A DNA stretch of 30,357 bases from a virus. Its lineage: Duplodnaviria > Caudoviricetes. Of the stretch, positions 7,620-18,589 are shown piece after piece. A program made the translations under genes and the position numbers. The DNA lies in IMG/VR virus record IMGVR_UViG_3300020248_000006, positions 1 to 30,357 of that record; one strand, written 5' to 3'. Each line of letters begins with the position of its first letter. Position 1 is the stretch's first letter. The notes under the pieces are model-generated. The model had not been told where the DNA came from, did not search any database, and saw only the letters and a program-made list of their open reading frames with translations.

Positions 7620-8299
7620 ACTGATACCTCCAGTGCTATAATTGTTGATATTGCTCTCATACAATAGTTATAGGCTTGATCTGTATGACCTCTATTAAAG
7701 GTAATGGTATAACCTCCACCTGTATCCATAACTTGTAATTTATATGTTATTGCAGCTGTTGTACCATGATCTGTGTCAACCATATGAAAAGGTTGGTTTG
7801 TGTTACCATAGCTATCATGGTTTCCAGCCCTATATAAGTTACCAGACCAGCCTGGAGTTTGGTTAGATTGTAATGAAGTCCCAACAAATCCAGAAGGAGT
7901 ACTTTCAGTACCACCTATAAATCTGCTAAATTTTAATGAACAATATTGTTGGTGACTTTCCATATTTATATGTCCAAATAAATAAATATGATTACTTGAT
8001 GAAGTAGGAGTAATTGTTATTTCATAACCAGACACATTGCTATATCCAGTACTCATAACTTTACTTGAAGGGCCTGTAATTACAGTTTTTACAGCTTGGA
8101 CTATACTACCTTCTGTAATTGTAGATTTTGCACTTGTTACTGCATTATTGGCAATTTTGCCTGTAGATATTGCTAAATCAGCAATCTTTGCTGTAGATAC
8201 TGCATTAGCAGCGAGCGTATCACTGTCTACTACACCATCTGGCAAACCACCGACAGCAACTCCTGTTATAGTGCCATCTCCGTGAAATGTTATTGGCAT
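7616..8299 (-). CDS. Tail fibre-associated / receptor-binding-like protein (paralogue 1)
   Basis: AVSTAKIAD decapeptide repeats; ITYKLQ...STIIALEV C-terminal domain. Confidence 0.75.
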   Translation of the reverse strand: MPITFHGDGTITGVAVGGLPDGVVDSDTLAANAVSTAKIADLAISTGKIANNAVTSAKSTITEGSIVQAVKTVITGPSSKVMSTGYSNVSGYEITITPTSSSNHIYLFGHINMESHQQYCSLKFSRFIGGTESTPSGFVGTSLQSNQTPGWSGNLYRAGNHDSYGNTNQPFHMVDTDHGTTAAITYKLQVMDTGGGYTITFNRGHTDQAYNYCMRAISTIIALEVSV

Positions 8300-8301
8300 A
8301 A

Positions 8302-10755
8302 TTATACTATTGTGTATGTACTACCCGAAGGTATAGTTAATGTTACCCCAGTATCGACAGTAATAGGGCCAGCACTCATTGAGTTTTTAGTAGTGCTTGT
8401 TGTAAAGTTTGATGTTATGGTTTTATTATTTTCATATATACAACCGTTTGCTACTGTTGGGTCTATTCCTGTTAAGGAAGAACCATCAATAGCTGGTAAT
8501 GCACCTTGTAAATTAGCTGCTGTTAAATTAGTTAAACTGCTAGCATTAAGGGCTGGTAATGTACCATTAATATTTGCCGCAGGAATATAAGTTAAGTTAG
8601 CAGCACTTGCAGTAGGTAAAGTTGCAGGGAATCTATCGTCAGGTATAGTTCCAGATGTTAAATTAGATGCACTTAAATTAGTTAAATCTATTGTTCCAAA
8701 ACTTAAAACACCACTACCATCAGTTTTTAGGAATTGTCCGTTAGTACCATCAGCAGAAGGTAAAGTAAATTCAACATTACCAGATAATGTATCTACAGGT
8801 TTAAATTTTACTTTATAAGCTGTTGTTCTATCTCTAAACATCAACTTACTAACAGCACCAGATGTTCCTTGAACTGTTACACCTTCCGTATCAGCCAAAA
8901 ATCTTTGTACTGGAGTACCACTTTGGTCATAAAGACTAATAATTTCAGTTTGTGATGTTACAACATTACCAAAACTTAAAGCACCACTACCATCAGTTTT
9001 TAATGCTTGACCATTAGTTCCATCATTATCTGGAAGAGTAAGAGTATAACTTGCTCCAGCACTGTGAGCTGGTGATTTTATTTTAACACCGTGAGTGTTA
9101 GCTGAACAATTAAGTTGTAATGTACCATCATTACCGCCAGCACCTCTAATTTCTATAGCACCTGTTCCGTTAGGTGATAACTTAACATTTCCGTTGGTTG
9201 TGCTTGTATTGATTTCGTATGTTTTTACATCTAATCCCGAACTAAGTTCTGGGTCTGTGTCAGCAGAAACAATACCTGTAGCAACAAACTCTAAGCCATC
9301 AGCATTACTATTAACCTTAACAACTTTTCCAGCTCCACCTGTAAAGTTTGCTGGTGTGTCTGTAAGACCAGCAAATGAAGTTGTTACAGTAACAAACTCA
9401 ACTGCATTACCAGCGGAATTAATTTTTAAAGTTTTATTAGCAGCACCACCGTAGTTAGCTGGAGTATCACTTAATCCTGTAAATGTAGAACTACCTCCGC
9501 CAGCTCCACCACTATCATCGGCAATAATAAATTCAGATGCAGAGGCATCATATTTAAGTATTTTACCGTCAGCTACACCAGAGGTATTTACATCTGATAA
9601 AGAGTTTAAAGAACCTAAGTTAGCAAGTTTTGTTTTCTCTGCATCAGTAAACTCGTTAGTATTGGCATTAGCTTCGTATGCTGTTTTGATTTCTGCATTG
9701 GTCTGGTCTGCCGTAGCTCCAGTTTCTATACCCGCTAATTTAGTTTGTTCAGCGTCTGAAAATTCATTAGTATTAGCGTTAGCTTCATATGCAGTTTTAA
9801 TTTCTGCATTAGTTTGGTCAGCTGTAGCACCATCCTCTACGTTAATCATTGTACGTAAAGCACTTGGAGTTATTTCTTCTATAACACCAGCACCAGATGA
9901 ATCTCTACCTAATACTCTGTTAGTAGCTGAAACATCTTGTATTTTTTCATAAGTAACTTGATCGTTAGCTATATGTTCAGTATCAATACTACCAGCAACA
10001 TAATGTTCAGAATTTATAACATCATCTTGAATGTTATCTCCATCAATTATATCATTAGCTAAATGAACGTGCTCAATAGAACCATCTACATACTGATCGC
10101 TGTCTACAGAATTAGCAGACATGTGCTCTAAATCAATCGAACCCGCTGCATAATGTTGAGAGTTTATTGTATCATCAGGTATCTTGTTTGCAGTAACTGA
10201 ATTATCAGATATATCATTTTCTACAATAGTACCAGCAACAATATGGTCACTTGTAATAAAGTTTGTACTAGGTTGATCTCCTCTAAACAAAACACCTTCA
10301 ATAGTTAGTGCTTTGTTTCTACCGTCTTGTGCTGTAAAGTTAGACTCAGTAGAGGAGTTATTAAGATCTGTGGCTCTTATAGTACTACCACTTGCAAAAG
10401 TTGTATATGAACTGTCTGCATCTCTTGTCCTACGCTCACAGAATACTACTGCACCTTGCGGTAGGGCAGAGTTGAACGTAATTGTATTGTTATCAGTGGA
10501 AAGCGTGTAGTTGTATAAAGTTGTACCCGCTGTAACGGCAGGAAAGTATAATCCGTCTGTGTTGTTCACCTGTGGGTGAGTAGAGTCTGCAGTACTACCA
10601 GTAGACTGGCGTAGCTGTAGCACTCTAGTACCACCCGACAATGTGACATAAACATCTAGATCATCTTGGTTATTCAGTTGTATTCCGACAGGACTAAATA
10701 CAGTTGTAGTTGCATTAGTCGTGGCAGAGAAAAGTTTTTTAGTTGTAACTGCCAT
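8302..10755 (-). CDS. Tail fibre protein (T7 gp17-like)
   Basis: N-terminal adaptor motif (RRTRD...FASGSTIRATDLN), several internal repeats, position after the gp16-like gene. Confidence 0.88.
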   Translation of the reverse strand: MAVTTKKLFSATTNATTTVFSPVGIQLNNQDDLDVYVTLSGGTRVLQLRQSTGSTADSTHPQVNNTDGLYFPAVTAGTTLYNYTLSTDNNTITFNSALPQGAVVFCERRTRDADSSYTTFASGSTIRATDLNNSSTESNFTAQDGRNKALTIEGVLFRGDQPSTNFITSDHIVAGTIVENDISDNSVTANKIPDDTINSQHYAAGSIDLEHMSANSVDSDQYVDGSIEHVHLANDIIDGDNIQDDVINSEHYVAGSIDTEHIANDQVTYEKIQDVSATNRVLGRDSSGAGVIEEITPSALRTMINVEDGATADQTNAEIKTAYEANANTNEFSDAEQTKLAGIETGATADQTNAEIKTAYEANANTNEFTDAEKTKLANLGSLNSLSDVNTSGVADGKILKYDASASEFIIADDSGGAGGGSSTFTGLSDTPANYGGAANKTLKINSAGNAVEFVTVTTSFAGLTDTPANFTGGAGKVVKVNSNADGLEFVATGIVSADTDPELSSGLDVKTYEINTSTTNGNVKLSPNGTGAIEIRGAGGNDGTLQLNCSANTHGVKIKSPAHSAGASYTLTLPDNDGTNGQALKTDGSGALSFGNVVTSQTEIISLYDQSGTPVQRFLADTEGVTVQGTSGAVSKLMFRDRTTAYKVKFKPVDTLSGNVEFTLPSADGTNGQFLKTDGSGVLSFGTIDLTNLSASNLTSGTIPDDRFPATLPTASAANLTYIPAANINGTLPALNASSLTNLTAANLQGALPAIDGSSLTGIDPTVANGCIYENNKTITSNFTTSTTKNSMSAGPITVDTGVTLTIPSGSTYTIV
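9622..9831 (-). repeat. 111-nt (37-aa) tandem duplication in the tail fibre
   Basis: GATADQTNAEIKTAYEANANTNEF(S/T)DAE(Q/K)TKLA occurs twice. Confidence 0.9.
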
Positions 10756-10767
10756 TGATAATCAATG

Positions 10768-13700
10768 TTATTTTGGAAATTTGTTTATTAAATATTCTAC
10801 TGTATTAAAATTACCTTCTTTTGTTAAAGATTTTTGAGCTTTAGATACTGCTAATCTTTGATCTAAGTCTGGATACTCATACCTAAGTTGTTTAATAGCT
10901 CTTTCTTTAGCTCTATTAAATATTTTTCTTACTGCATTATAGAAAGGTGTATCACTAATTCTAGCACCATCTCTATTAAGTAAACCTCTATCTTTATAAT
11001 CTTGTACTTGTGCTTTAAATTGAGAGTTATTAATCAATTTTTCTAAGTCATTTCTAAAGGTTACATCCATAGACATAAATCTTTGAAGCTCTGACCTTTC
11101 AAAACTTGTTAAAGGTAGACCATTATACTGAGTAACCTCATCTGGTAGGTTAAAATTAATGTCCATTAGTGCCTGTTTAACAGGATCACCTTCAGCCATG
11201 TTTATTGCTACAGGGCTAACTGCATTAAATATACGTAACCAAGGAAAGTTTGCATTAGGTATGAACTTTTTACCAGACCTATCCTTAGATAGTATGTCAT
11301 ATTTAGCTGGTAAAGAGTTTTTTAGACCCGCATCACGTTTAAATAACAACTCAGCAAAGGTATTTGCCTCTACTTGATGGGCTTGCATCATATCACCTAA
11401 AGATGATAACAAAGAACGGTAAGGTAAACTAGATCTACCTAAACCTGCTAGTACGTTAGTAATCTGTGCTCCTGAACTATCAGCGTTCATTAGTGTAATT
11501 AAGTCATCAACACCCGCAAGCATGGACTTATCAACAAGAATAGAACCAAACATAAACGCAATCTTTTGTGTCATCTGATCTCTTTCATCTTCACCTAGTA
11601 AATGTTGATTAGTTGCAAAGTTAGCACTAAGAGAAAACAGTGTGTTAAAAGGTTCTAGAGTTCTATAGGATACATACACTGGTTTTTCATCAGTACCAAA
11701 CTTAAATGAGTTAGGTTGTATCTGATTAGATCTCCATTGCTCTCTAGTTTCTCTATCAAACGGTAAATCTCCAGTAACTTTACCATTTAGTGCTAGATAG
11801 ACAGTTAGACCCATCAAAGCATTACCAGTGGTCATACGACCTCTCATCATAGCCTGTGCTTGTGGTAGATCTTGTGGTCTAATACCATATTGTGCAAGGT
11901 TTTCACCTTTCATAATGTCATCAAACCTTTTAGTAAACCTTTCTAGCTCTGTATGTGCAAATGTTAAACGTAAAGCATTTATACTTGTTTTAACAAATGG
12001 AAAGAAAAACTGACCGCCTGGAATATTCTGTAATGTTTCAAATACCTTTAGATTTGGAGGTAGTGCTGTAGTAAGTGCAGCTTCATTACCTGCCATTTCA
12101 GCAGCTTTATCTGATACTACATATCTATTATTATCAACAATAAATATATCATCTCTAAATTTATCTTCATACTTCTTAGCATACTCAACCATATCAAAGA
12201 TACCTGTTTTACCTTCTTCTATAGCTTTACGAGCAGCTCTTTGACGCATTTCTAGACGACCTATAATAGTTCTAGCAGCAGCGTCTCCAGATCCCATAAG
12301 GTTTACACTATATCTAGCAAAAGGGCTAGTGTTAAAATCAACTAAACCTTTTAATGCCATATATGCAGCCTTATCACCTGGTTTTCCGTAGGCATTATAG
12401 TATTTTTCTAATGCATTAAACTTCTGTAAATCTGCTTCTAAGTTGAATTTAGCAGTATATGTTTGTGGTTGTCTGTTTACACCTAGTTTCCAGTTGTGCA
12501 TAAACATCTGTAAACCTTCAGCGTATGCACCCATAAGTCCGTGCATTTGTGTTAGTGCAATCAATGCTTCATTCTTGTTAAATGAAGTGGTAGCTCCAAT
12601 AAATGCCATAAATGGACGTAGTGTTGCTATAAGGTTTGTACTAAAAATAGCTTTGACTGGGGTTGTGATAGCACTTAGTAGAGAGTTATAGTATACAGAA
12701 CTTAACTCTTTCATAAATCTAGGTGTTATATATTCACCATTTACACGAGTTCCAAGTTTACGTAACTTAATACTACTTGGTTTAAATGGGTTCATAGCAT
12801 AGCGTTCTAGATACTCATGTATATGTTCTAAACGTGTTACTACACCACCACTTAATCTGTGCATTTCTATAAGATCTGCAGCTTTACGTGGCCCCATCTC
12901 TCTAGTAATTTTACGTAAATATTGGTTATACTGTGCTTGGTCACTTATAATTTTTTCTATACCATCGTTTACATTCTTAGTAACATAATCATCTAACACA
13001 AAGTTTCTTTGTTGTAGTAGTGTGTTACCACTCATGTACGCTAATTTTTTTTGCTCTAAAAGTATGACGTTTACCATATCATACATTTGATCTAACTGAC
13101 GTGATATGTCACCATGCTTAGTAGATCTAGATAAAGTCTCGGCTGCAGTGGCTACAGACTCAATTTGTTTTGCTAGGGTGTACACTAATAGTTGTGATGC
13201 AGCCTTTTGCGGGGCTGTCATTGTCACTATCGCATCTCCATCGTGCATCCAAATGATTCTATTCTGCTTGTTTTGTGTCAGATAACGTCTCATATTATCT
13301 GCTACATCTTTACCACCTTCAGCTAAAATACCATGTAAATCGTCTGTTTGTCTAAGAATAATATTAGTAATTTGTTGCCTAGACATCTTACGACCTAACT
13401 TGTCTAGTGCCCCGCCTTCTTGAAAAATTTTTCCTGTTAAATCTTCGACTATTTCTTTTAGATATTCCTGTACTTTTACATCGCCTCTACTTAGTTTCTT
13501 AAATGCAGCTTCTGTAGTTAGTTGACTATTACTTGCAGGTACACCATCTATGTTCTTCATTTGGAAGAATGTTTCCTGTAAGTTACGTTCTAAGTTTTCT
13601 GCAGGACTGCCTTCACCAAAGGGTCGCCACGTTGACTTTTCTACATCTCTGTGTTTCATATAGTCAACCCAGTTATCTGGGCCATAGGCTGCTAGATCTG

Positions 13701-14994
13701 ATAACTGTTCTAGACCTGCCTTAAACTCTGGATCCCATCTATCACCTGCACGTTGACCTATTCTGTTAGCTAAGTCATCTAAGTCATTGAGTGCCATTTC
13801 ACGTATAGCTGGCTCAGACATTTGACCAAAATCTAAAGTAGGGTGTTTAGCTTCTAATGCTCTCATATATGTTTCATCAGGTTGCTCACCCTTTCTTAGT
13901 AGAGTATACATCTCAAAATCTTCATCTAGTAGATGTTTTTCATTATACTCTAATCTAAAGTCTCTACCTAGCATACCACGTTTATCTGCCTTACTCAAAG
14001 CTCTCATTTCACCTGCAGCTATAATATCTTTTGCTACTGATACTTGATGAGCTTTCTTTTGTTCTTGAGTAAACTTAGCGTTAGCCTCATCTACAGACAT
14101 ACCACCTCGTACAGCCTTATGTGCTTTCCATGTGCTTCTTACAAAACCACCTAAAAAGTGACCTAGTACATTCATACCAGCACCAGCTGTTACTGACTTA
14201 ATACGAGAAATCCAAACAGTATCTTTTTCTGGATCTACAGCTAATGCTTCTGCAAAAGGTATAAATGGTGCATGTTCGTTAACAAGGTTTGCAATGTTAG
14301 CTGTTTCAGAGCTTTGCATAATAGCATCTGCTATGGTACCTTGAGCTGCTACACTTGGGATTTTAGATACATAGTTAATTGTTCTAGATCCAAACTTACC
14401 TATACCTGCAGCTCTAGACCCTTTGTACAAGGCTGTACCTAATCTAGTACCTGCTTTAGCTAAACCAGTAGTAGCTGCAATCTTACCGCCTATACCGCCT
14501 GTGACAGTTGACAGTAAACCAAACTCTACTAGACCTCTAAGTAAGTTACCATAACCAGAGTTGTTTTCTGGTACAGTGTTATCATCTAGATCCCACCATG
14601 CACCAGATTCATACTGTTTACTAAATGGATTGTTCTTATTATCTTCAACACCCATAATCTTATTAAGACCAGTTTTAAGAGTGTCACCAGATAAGTCAAG
14701 AAAACTACCTACACTATCTATAGCATCAGCACCACCACCAACTATAGCCTTACCAGTTTCTGATAAAAACTGTAAAGGATTGTCTGGTACAAACCCTTGA
14801 CTTTTAGCAGCTCTTTCTTCTTGTTGTTTTGCTGCTAATTGTTGTTCGGGTGTAATTAGTTGTTGATTAGTAGCATCTATTTTATTTTGTGAGCGGGCAG
14901 CATCTTGCCCTCCAACATAACCTACAAACTCATCTTCTGCAGTCTCAAGATTGTTGGTGAGTTCTGTAGCTAAAGTTAAATCATCTTCGTTCAT
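10768..14994 (-). CDS. Internal virion/ejection protein (T7 gp16-like)
   Basis: 1408 aa, synteny before the tail fibre, FFPFVKT motif region; called mainly on position and size. Confidence 0.75.
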   Translation of the reverse strand: MNEDDLTLATELTNNLETAEDEFVGYVGGQDAARSQNKIDATNQQLITPEQQLAAKQQEERAAKSQGFVPDNPLQFLSETGKAIVGGGADAIDSVGSFLDLSGDTLKTGLNKIMGVEDNKNNPFSKQYESGAWWDLDDNTVPENNSGYGNLLRGLVEFGLLSTVTGGIGGKIAATTGLAKAGTRLGTALYKGSRAAGIGKFGSRTINYVSKIPSVAAQGTIADAIMQSSETANIANLVNEHAPFIPFAEALAVDPEKDTVWISRIKSVTAGAGMNVLGHFLGGFVRSTWKAHKAVRGGMSVDEANAKFTQEQKKAHQVSVAKDIIAAGEMRALSKADKRGMLGRDFRLEYNEKHLLDEDFEMYTLLRKGEQPDETYMRALEAKHPTLDFGQMSEPAIREMALNDLDDLANRIGQRAGDRWDPEFKAGLEQLSDLAAYGPDNWVDYMKHRDVEKSTWRPFGEGSPAENLERNLQETFFQMKNIDGVPASNSQLTTEAAFKKLSRGDVKVQEYLKEIVEDLTGKIFQEGGALDKLGRKMSRQQITNIILRQTDDLHGILAEGGKDVADNMRRYLTQNKQNRIIWMHDGDAIVTMTAPQKAASQLLVYTLAKQIESVATAAETLSRSTKHGDISRQLDQMYDMVNVILLEQKKLAYMSGNTLLQQRNFVLDDYVTKNVNDGIEKIISDQAQYNQYLRKITREMGPRKAADLIEMHRLSGGVVTRLEHIHEYLERYAMNPFKPSSIKLRKLGTRVNGEYITPRFMKELSSVYYNSLLSAITTPVKAIFSTNLIATLRPFMAFIGATTSFNKNEALIALTQMHGLMGAYAEGLQMFMHNWKLGVNRQPQTYTAKFNLEADLQKFNALEKYYNAYGKPGDKAAYMALKGLVDFNTSPFARYSVNLMGSGDAAARTIIGRLEMRQRAARKAIEEGKTGIFDMVEYAKKYEDKFRDDIFIVDNNRYVVSDKAAEMAGNEAALTTALPPNLKVFETLQNIPGGQFFFPFVKTSINALRLTFAHTELERFTKRFDDIMKGENLAQYGIRPQDLPQAQAMMRGRMTTGNALMGLTVYLALNGKVTGDLPFDRETREQWRSNQIQPNSFKFGTDEKPVYVSYRTLEPFNTLFSLSANFATNQHLLGEDERDQMTQKIAFMFGSILVDKSMLAGVDDLITLMNADSSGAQITNVLAGLGRSSLPYRSLLSSLGDMMQAHQVEANTFAELLFKRDAGLKNSLPAKYDILSKDRSGKKFIPNANFPWLRIFNAVSPVAINMAEGDPVKQALMDINFNLPDEVTQYNGLPLTSFERSELQRFMSMDVTFRNDLEKLINNSQFKAQVQDYKDRGLLNRDGARISDTPFYNAVRKIFNRAKERAIKQLRYEYPDLDQRLAVSKAQKSLTKEGNFNTVEYLINKFPK

Positions 14995-17900
14995 TCTTTA
15001 AACTCTCCTATGTAAAATTCTGGACGCATAATTAATAGTTTGTATACTTCATCTACAAATTTATCTTCTATACCTTCTTTAATAAATCCAGGTACAAATT
15101 TCATTTGGAAAGACTCTGGGGGTGCTGCTATCTTAGCGTTTATAGCTGCTTGTTTCTTTAATGCGTTCCATTCTTTTTGACCGATAACATTGATAATATC
15201 TGATACAACCCTGTAATCTTCTGTCCATGTTGGTGGGAATATTTTTGAGCCACCACCTAAAATCCAAGTTAAGTAGTTTGTAGATTCTCTACGAGACTCT
15301 ATAGATTGTTGTAGTCCCCAGCTTATGTCACCTTGACCACCAGATAGTAATGAAACAATATTAATTTGTGATTGTTTTTTACTTAAATTACTTTGATATT
15401 GATTATAAGAAGCTGTTGTATAATTCTGTCTACTTCTAGTGCTAAAGTCAACACCCTCTGTATCGTTTCTTAGTTCTTCTAGTTCTGTTTGAAGATTATC
15501 AACAGTGTTAATCTTAAAGTTTCTAGTAGCATAATCGTAAGCTGCTTCAAACCCTTGTTCGCTTTCTATTTTATTAAATGTGTCTTGTTCTACCTCAGCA
15601 AGTTTTGTTCCTGCAGCATCAACAACATTAGAAAGCTCAGATAATTTAAAATTTTTACCGTTAAATTCTTTAAACTTTTTTAAATCTATTTCAAGCTCTT
15701 TATCAGACATAATGTCATAAGCTACTTCATAATTACTTAATTTTGCACCATTATTATTGTAATCTGCAAAAAAATCAACACCTTTAGCTTCAAACTTTAT
15801 GTCGTTTTTCCAACGGTTTTTGTTTTCACCACTTGCGAGTGCATAGAAATTTTGTAATGCTATTTGTTTGTTATCTACATCTTTAGTTGCTTCAGAAATT
15901 AAAATATTACTATGATGTCTAATAATATTATCCCATAATACTTCAGCATCTGGATTTATAGAACCATCTTTGTTATATAGAAAACTGTATTCTATACCTA
16001 AATCTTCGGCATATTTTTTAACTGCCGTACCATCTATGGTAAAGTTACCTTCATTAAACTCATTCTTAAAAGCATTAGTTAAGTATGATATAGATATTAA
16101 ACCATTTCTATCAAGTACATCTTCTACATGACCGTTTTGTATTTCGATCTTATCATCTCTGGTTAATAAATTCTCAACTTGTGCAACTTTTTGTAGATGA
16201 GGAGCTAACTGATCTATTGTTATTTCTTCTAAACCCATAGTATCCCTTTCAGCGTTCCATATCTGTAGTGCACTAACTCCTGTAGCATCCTCAGATGCAG
16301 CTTTTACTGCAAACTCTGGAAATGCATTATATACATCTACACCATTAATAGTTACCATTTCAGGGTTAAGAATCTTTGTTTTAGTTTCTACATCTATATT
16401 ATAGCTACTTAGAATGTCACCGTCAAGTACACTTCCAAAATCTTCTTTATTTAAATGTGCTACAACATGGTCTGATAATTTTTGTGCATTATCGTCTATT
16501 TTTGTGTCTACAGTTGGTAGCCAAGCTGATTGATTTACAAAATCAGTTAAACCAGAATCACCATCTAATAATTGTAATCTATAATCACGACCACTCTGAC
16601 TCTGTTTACCAAGCCAATGAGTTTCCATTATCTGTTCGTTTTTTAACTGAGGTATAATTTGTATAATCTCGTTATAAGCATCTGCTAATGCAAGACCACG
16701 TAACTCTTCTATATCTGTAATATTAGCATATTTAGCTTTCCAAGTAGGGTCATTCATTAGAACATTACTTCTAATTAACAACTCATTAACTGACAACTCT
16801 TCAGCAGCTTTGACGTATAAAGAATTACTTACAATATAATCTTTACTGTTAGAATAACCACCTGTAGCTTCTTCTAAAAATGCAGCTGTAATTTTTTGAC
16901 TATAACCCGCAACTACATCTCTATTAGTTTCTAGATAAATTTCTTGACCTGGTTTTTGTATAATACCTGTTTCTTGATACTTTTTAATAGTAGCTATATT
17001 TATACCCTTGTCTACAGCAACTCTCATAGGTATAATTGTATAACCAGCTTTTTGTAAATTTGCAACTTCTTTTTCAGATTCTGTAGTATCTAACTGTGTA
17101 CCTTTAGAAGTTAATGCACCATTATATAGACCATCCATTTTATTACCAAAGTTAGTATTTGGAATGTAAAAGTCATTATTTTTTACTGTCAGATATGCTT
17201 CATTTAAAGCTACTATATCTCCAGTGCTATTATACTCTGAAATAGCTTTACGAAAGTCAGACTCAATGGTTAGTTGCTCATTGTCTCTAGTTTGTCTAAA
17301 CTCATCACTAATTTGTTTATTTATAGCTGCAATAATATCATCTTTGTTAAACTGGTTAAATTCTGTCAAAGGTTTTACACCTATAGAAGTTCTAAAAGTC
17401 ATTGCTTCAATACCAGATTCTTTGTCTCCTAGTATGATGTCAATTAAAGTGTCTCTAGTAACTGCGTTAGGTATGTCTACTAAAGCATCAATTAAACTAC
17501 TTCTCAATAAGTCAGAGGTAGCAGAGTTAGCTGTTTTACCTTCGGGTACACCTCTATTATTAAAAGATGTTGGTACATGATTTAAAAAGTGTTGTATATT
17601 ATTTTCAATAGCCGTTCTAAGTTTTAAATAATCTTGATATTCTTTATAACCTGGAGCATTTTCATCTGTTACAATTTTAGGAATTTCTGTAAACTTAAAT
17701 TCACTAATAAGTCCAGTTATATCACGACTAAAACCATTTAATTCTTCTTCGGCATTTTGTATGATTGACTTATTTAATTCGTTAGCAGCCCATTTATTAA
17801 GTATTTCAGCAGCAGGTTCATTTAAATATTTATTTAAGTATTTTGCATTTATACCATCTAAACCATGTTTTTCTTTATATGCTGAAAAAATGGCTTGATC

Positions 17901-18584
17901 CATTTTCTTTTTAGTTTCAAGGTCTTGTGCATAATACTCACTAAACCTAATACCAGTACCTTCAATAGGCTCTAAAGTTATTGGATCTACGTCTGGTTCT
18001 TTAAAGTAACTATCGTCACCTGATACTGTTGCATTAAGATGAGGAAGAAAACCATTACCTACTTCTGCTAAATATGCTTTAGTGTAACCTATACCCCAGT
18101 TACCCCTTTTCATACGGGATTCATGAAGTTTTATTTTTTCTTCTAAATCAAGAATCCTTTTTTCGTTTTCTGATTTTTCAATCTCATCAATAATTGTAAG
18201 GTTCTTATCTCTTAAAGTACTGATTTCTTGTTCTATAGAAAGAGGGTCGAAAGGGTCATTAGCAAATGCATCTGCACCTTTTTCTTTTTGACCTTCAATA
18301 TATTGTTTACCAAGCACTTTCGCACCTGTTTGTAAAGCTGAGTTTAATGACTGGCTAAAACGTGCTAAGTTTTGAATTTCATACTCATCTTTTTGTCTTG
18401 CTATTCTATCTATTCTACTTAACTCTTCTATTTGTTGGGAGCTTGCCCCCGCAAATTCTTTTACACTTTGCTTCCTTTGACTTTCTAAAGCCTTAGCTAA
18501 AGTTGCCTGATCTTTTGCCTCTTTAGTAGAGACATTTCTTTTGGAAGAAAATGGAGAAAAACTTGTTTGTCTGTTGTATGCCAT
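14991..18584 (-). CDS. Internal virion/ejection protein (T7 gp15-like)
   Basis: 1197 aa, helical-looking, syntenic position. Confidence 0.7.
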   Translation of the reverse strand: MAYNRQTSFSPFSSKRNVSTKEAKDQATLAKALESQRKQSVKEFAGASSQQIEELSRIDRIARQKDEYEIQNLARFSQSLNSALQTGAKVLGKQYIEGQKEKGADAFANDPFDPLSIEQEISTLRDKNLTIIDEIEKSENEKRILDLEEKIKLHESRMKRGNWGIGYTKAYLAEVGNGFLPHLNATVSGDDSYFKEPDVDPITLEPIEGTGIRFSEYYAQDLETKKKMDQAIFSAYKEKHGLDGINAKYLNKYLNEPAAEILNKWAANELNKSIIQNAEEELNGFSRDITGLISEFKFTEIPKIVTDENAPGYKEYQDYLKLRTAIENNIQHFLNHVPTSFNNRGVPEGKTANSATSDLLRSSLIDALVDIPNAVTRDTLIDIILGDKESGIEAMTFRTSIGVKPLTEFNQFNKDDIIAAINKQISDEFRQTRDNEQLTIESDFRKAISEYNSTGDIVALNEAYLTVKNNDFYIPNTNFGNKMDGLYNGALTSKGTQLDTTESEKEVANLQKAGYTIIPMRVAVDKGINIATIKKYQETGIIQKPGQEIYLETNRDVVAGYSQKITAAFLEEATGGYSNSKDYIVSNSLYVKAAEELSVNELLIRSNVLMNDPTWKAKYANITDIEELRGLALADAYNEIIQIIPQLKNEQIMETHWLGKQSQSGRDYRLQLLDGDSGLTDFVNQSAWLPTVDTKIDDNAQKLSDHVVAHLNKEDFGSVLDGDILSSYNIDVETKTKILNPEMVTINGVDVYNAFPEFAVKAASEDATGVSALQIWNAERDTMGLEEITIDQLAPHLQKVAQVENLLTRDDKIEIQNGHVEDVLDRNGLISISYLTNAFKNEFNEGNFTIDGTAVKKYAEDLGIEYSFLYNKDGSINPDAEVLWDNIIRHHSNILISEATKDVDNKQIALQNFYALASGENKNRWKNDIKFEAKGVDFFADYNNNGAKLSNYEVAYDIMSDKELEIDLKKFKEFNGKNFKLSELSNVVDAAGTKLAEVEQDTFNKIESEQGFEAAYDYATRNFKINTVDNLQTELEELRNDTEGVDFSTRSRQNYTTASYNQYQSNLSKKQSQINIVSLLSGGQGDISWGLQQSIESRRESTNYLTWILGGGSKIFPPTWTEDYRVVSDIINVIGQKEWNALKKQAAINAKIAAPPESFQMKFVPGFIKEGIEDKFVDEVYKLLIMRPEFYIGEFKE

Positions 18585-18589
18585 TTTAA

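Noticed and set aside
6241-8299. Diversity-generating retroelement or invertible shufflon acting on fibre-tip genes
   Set aside because: No reverse transcriptase or recombinase in the window, no adenine-specific TR/VR pair noticed, and all copies share one orientation
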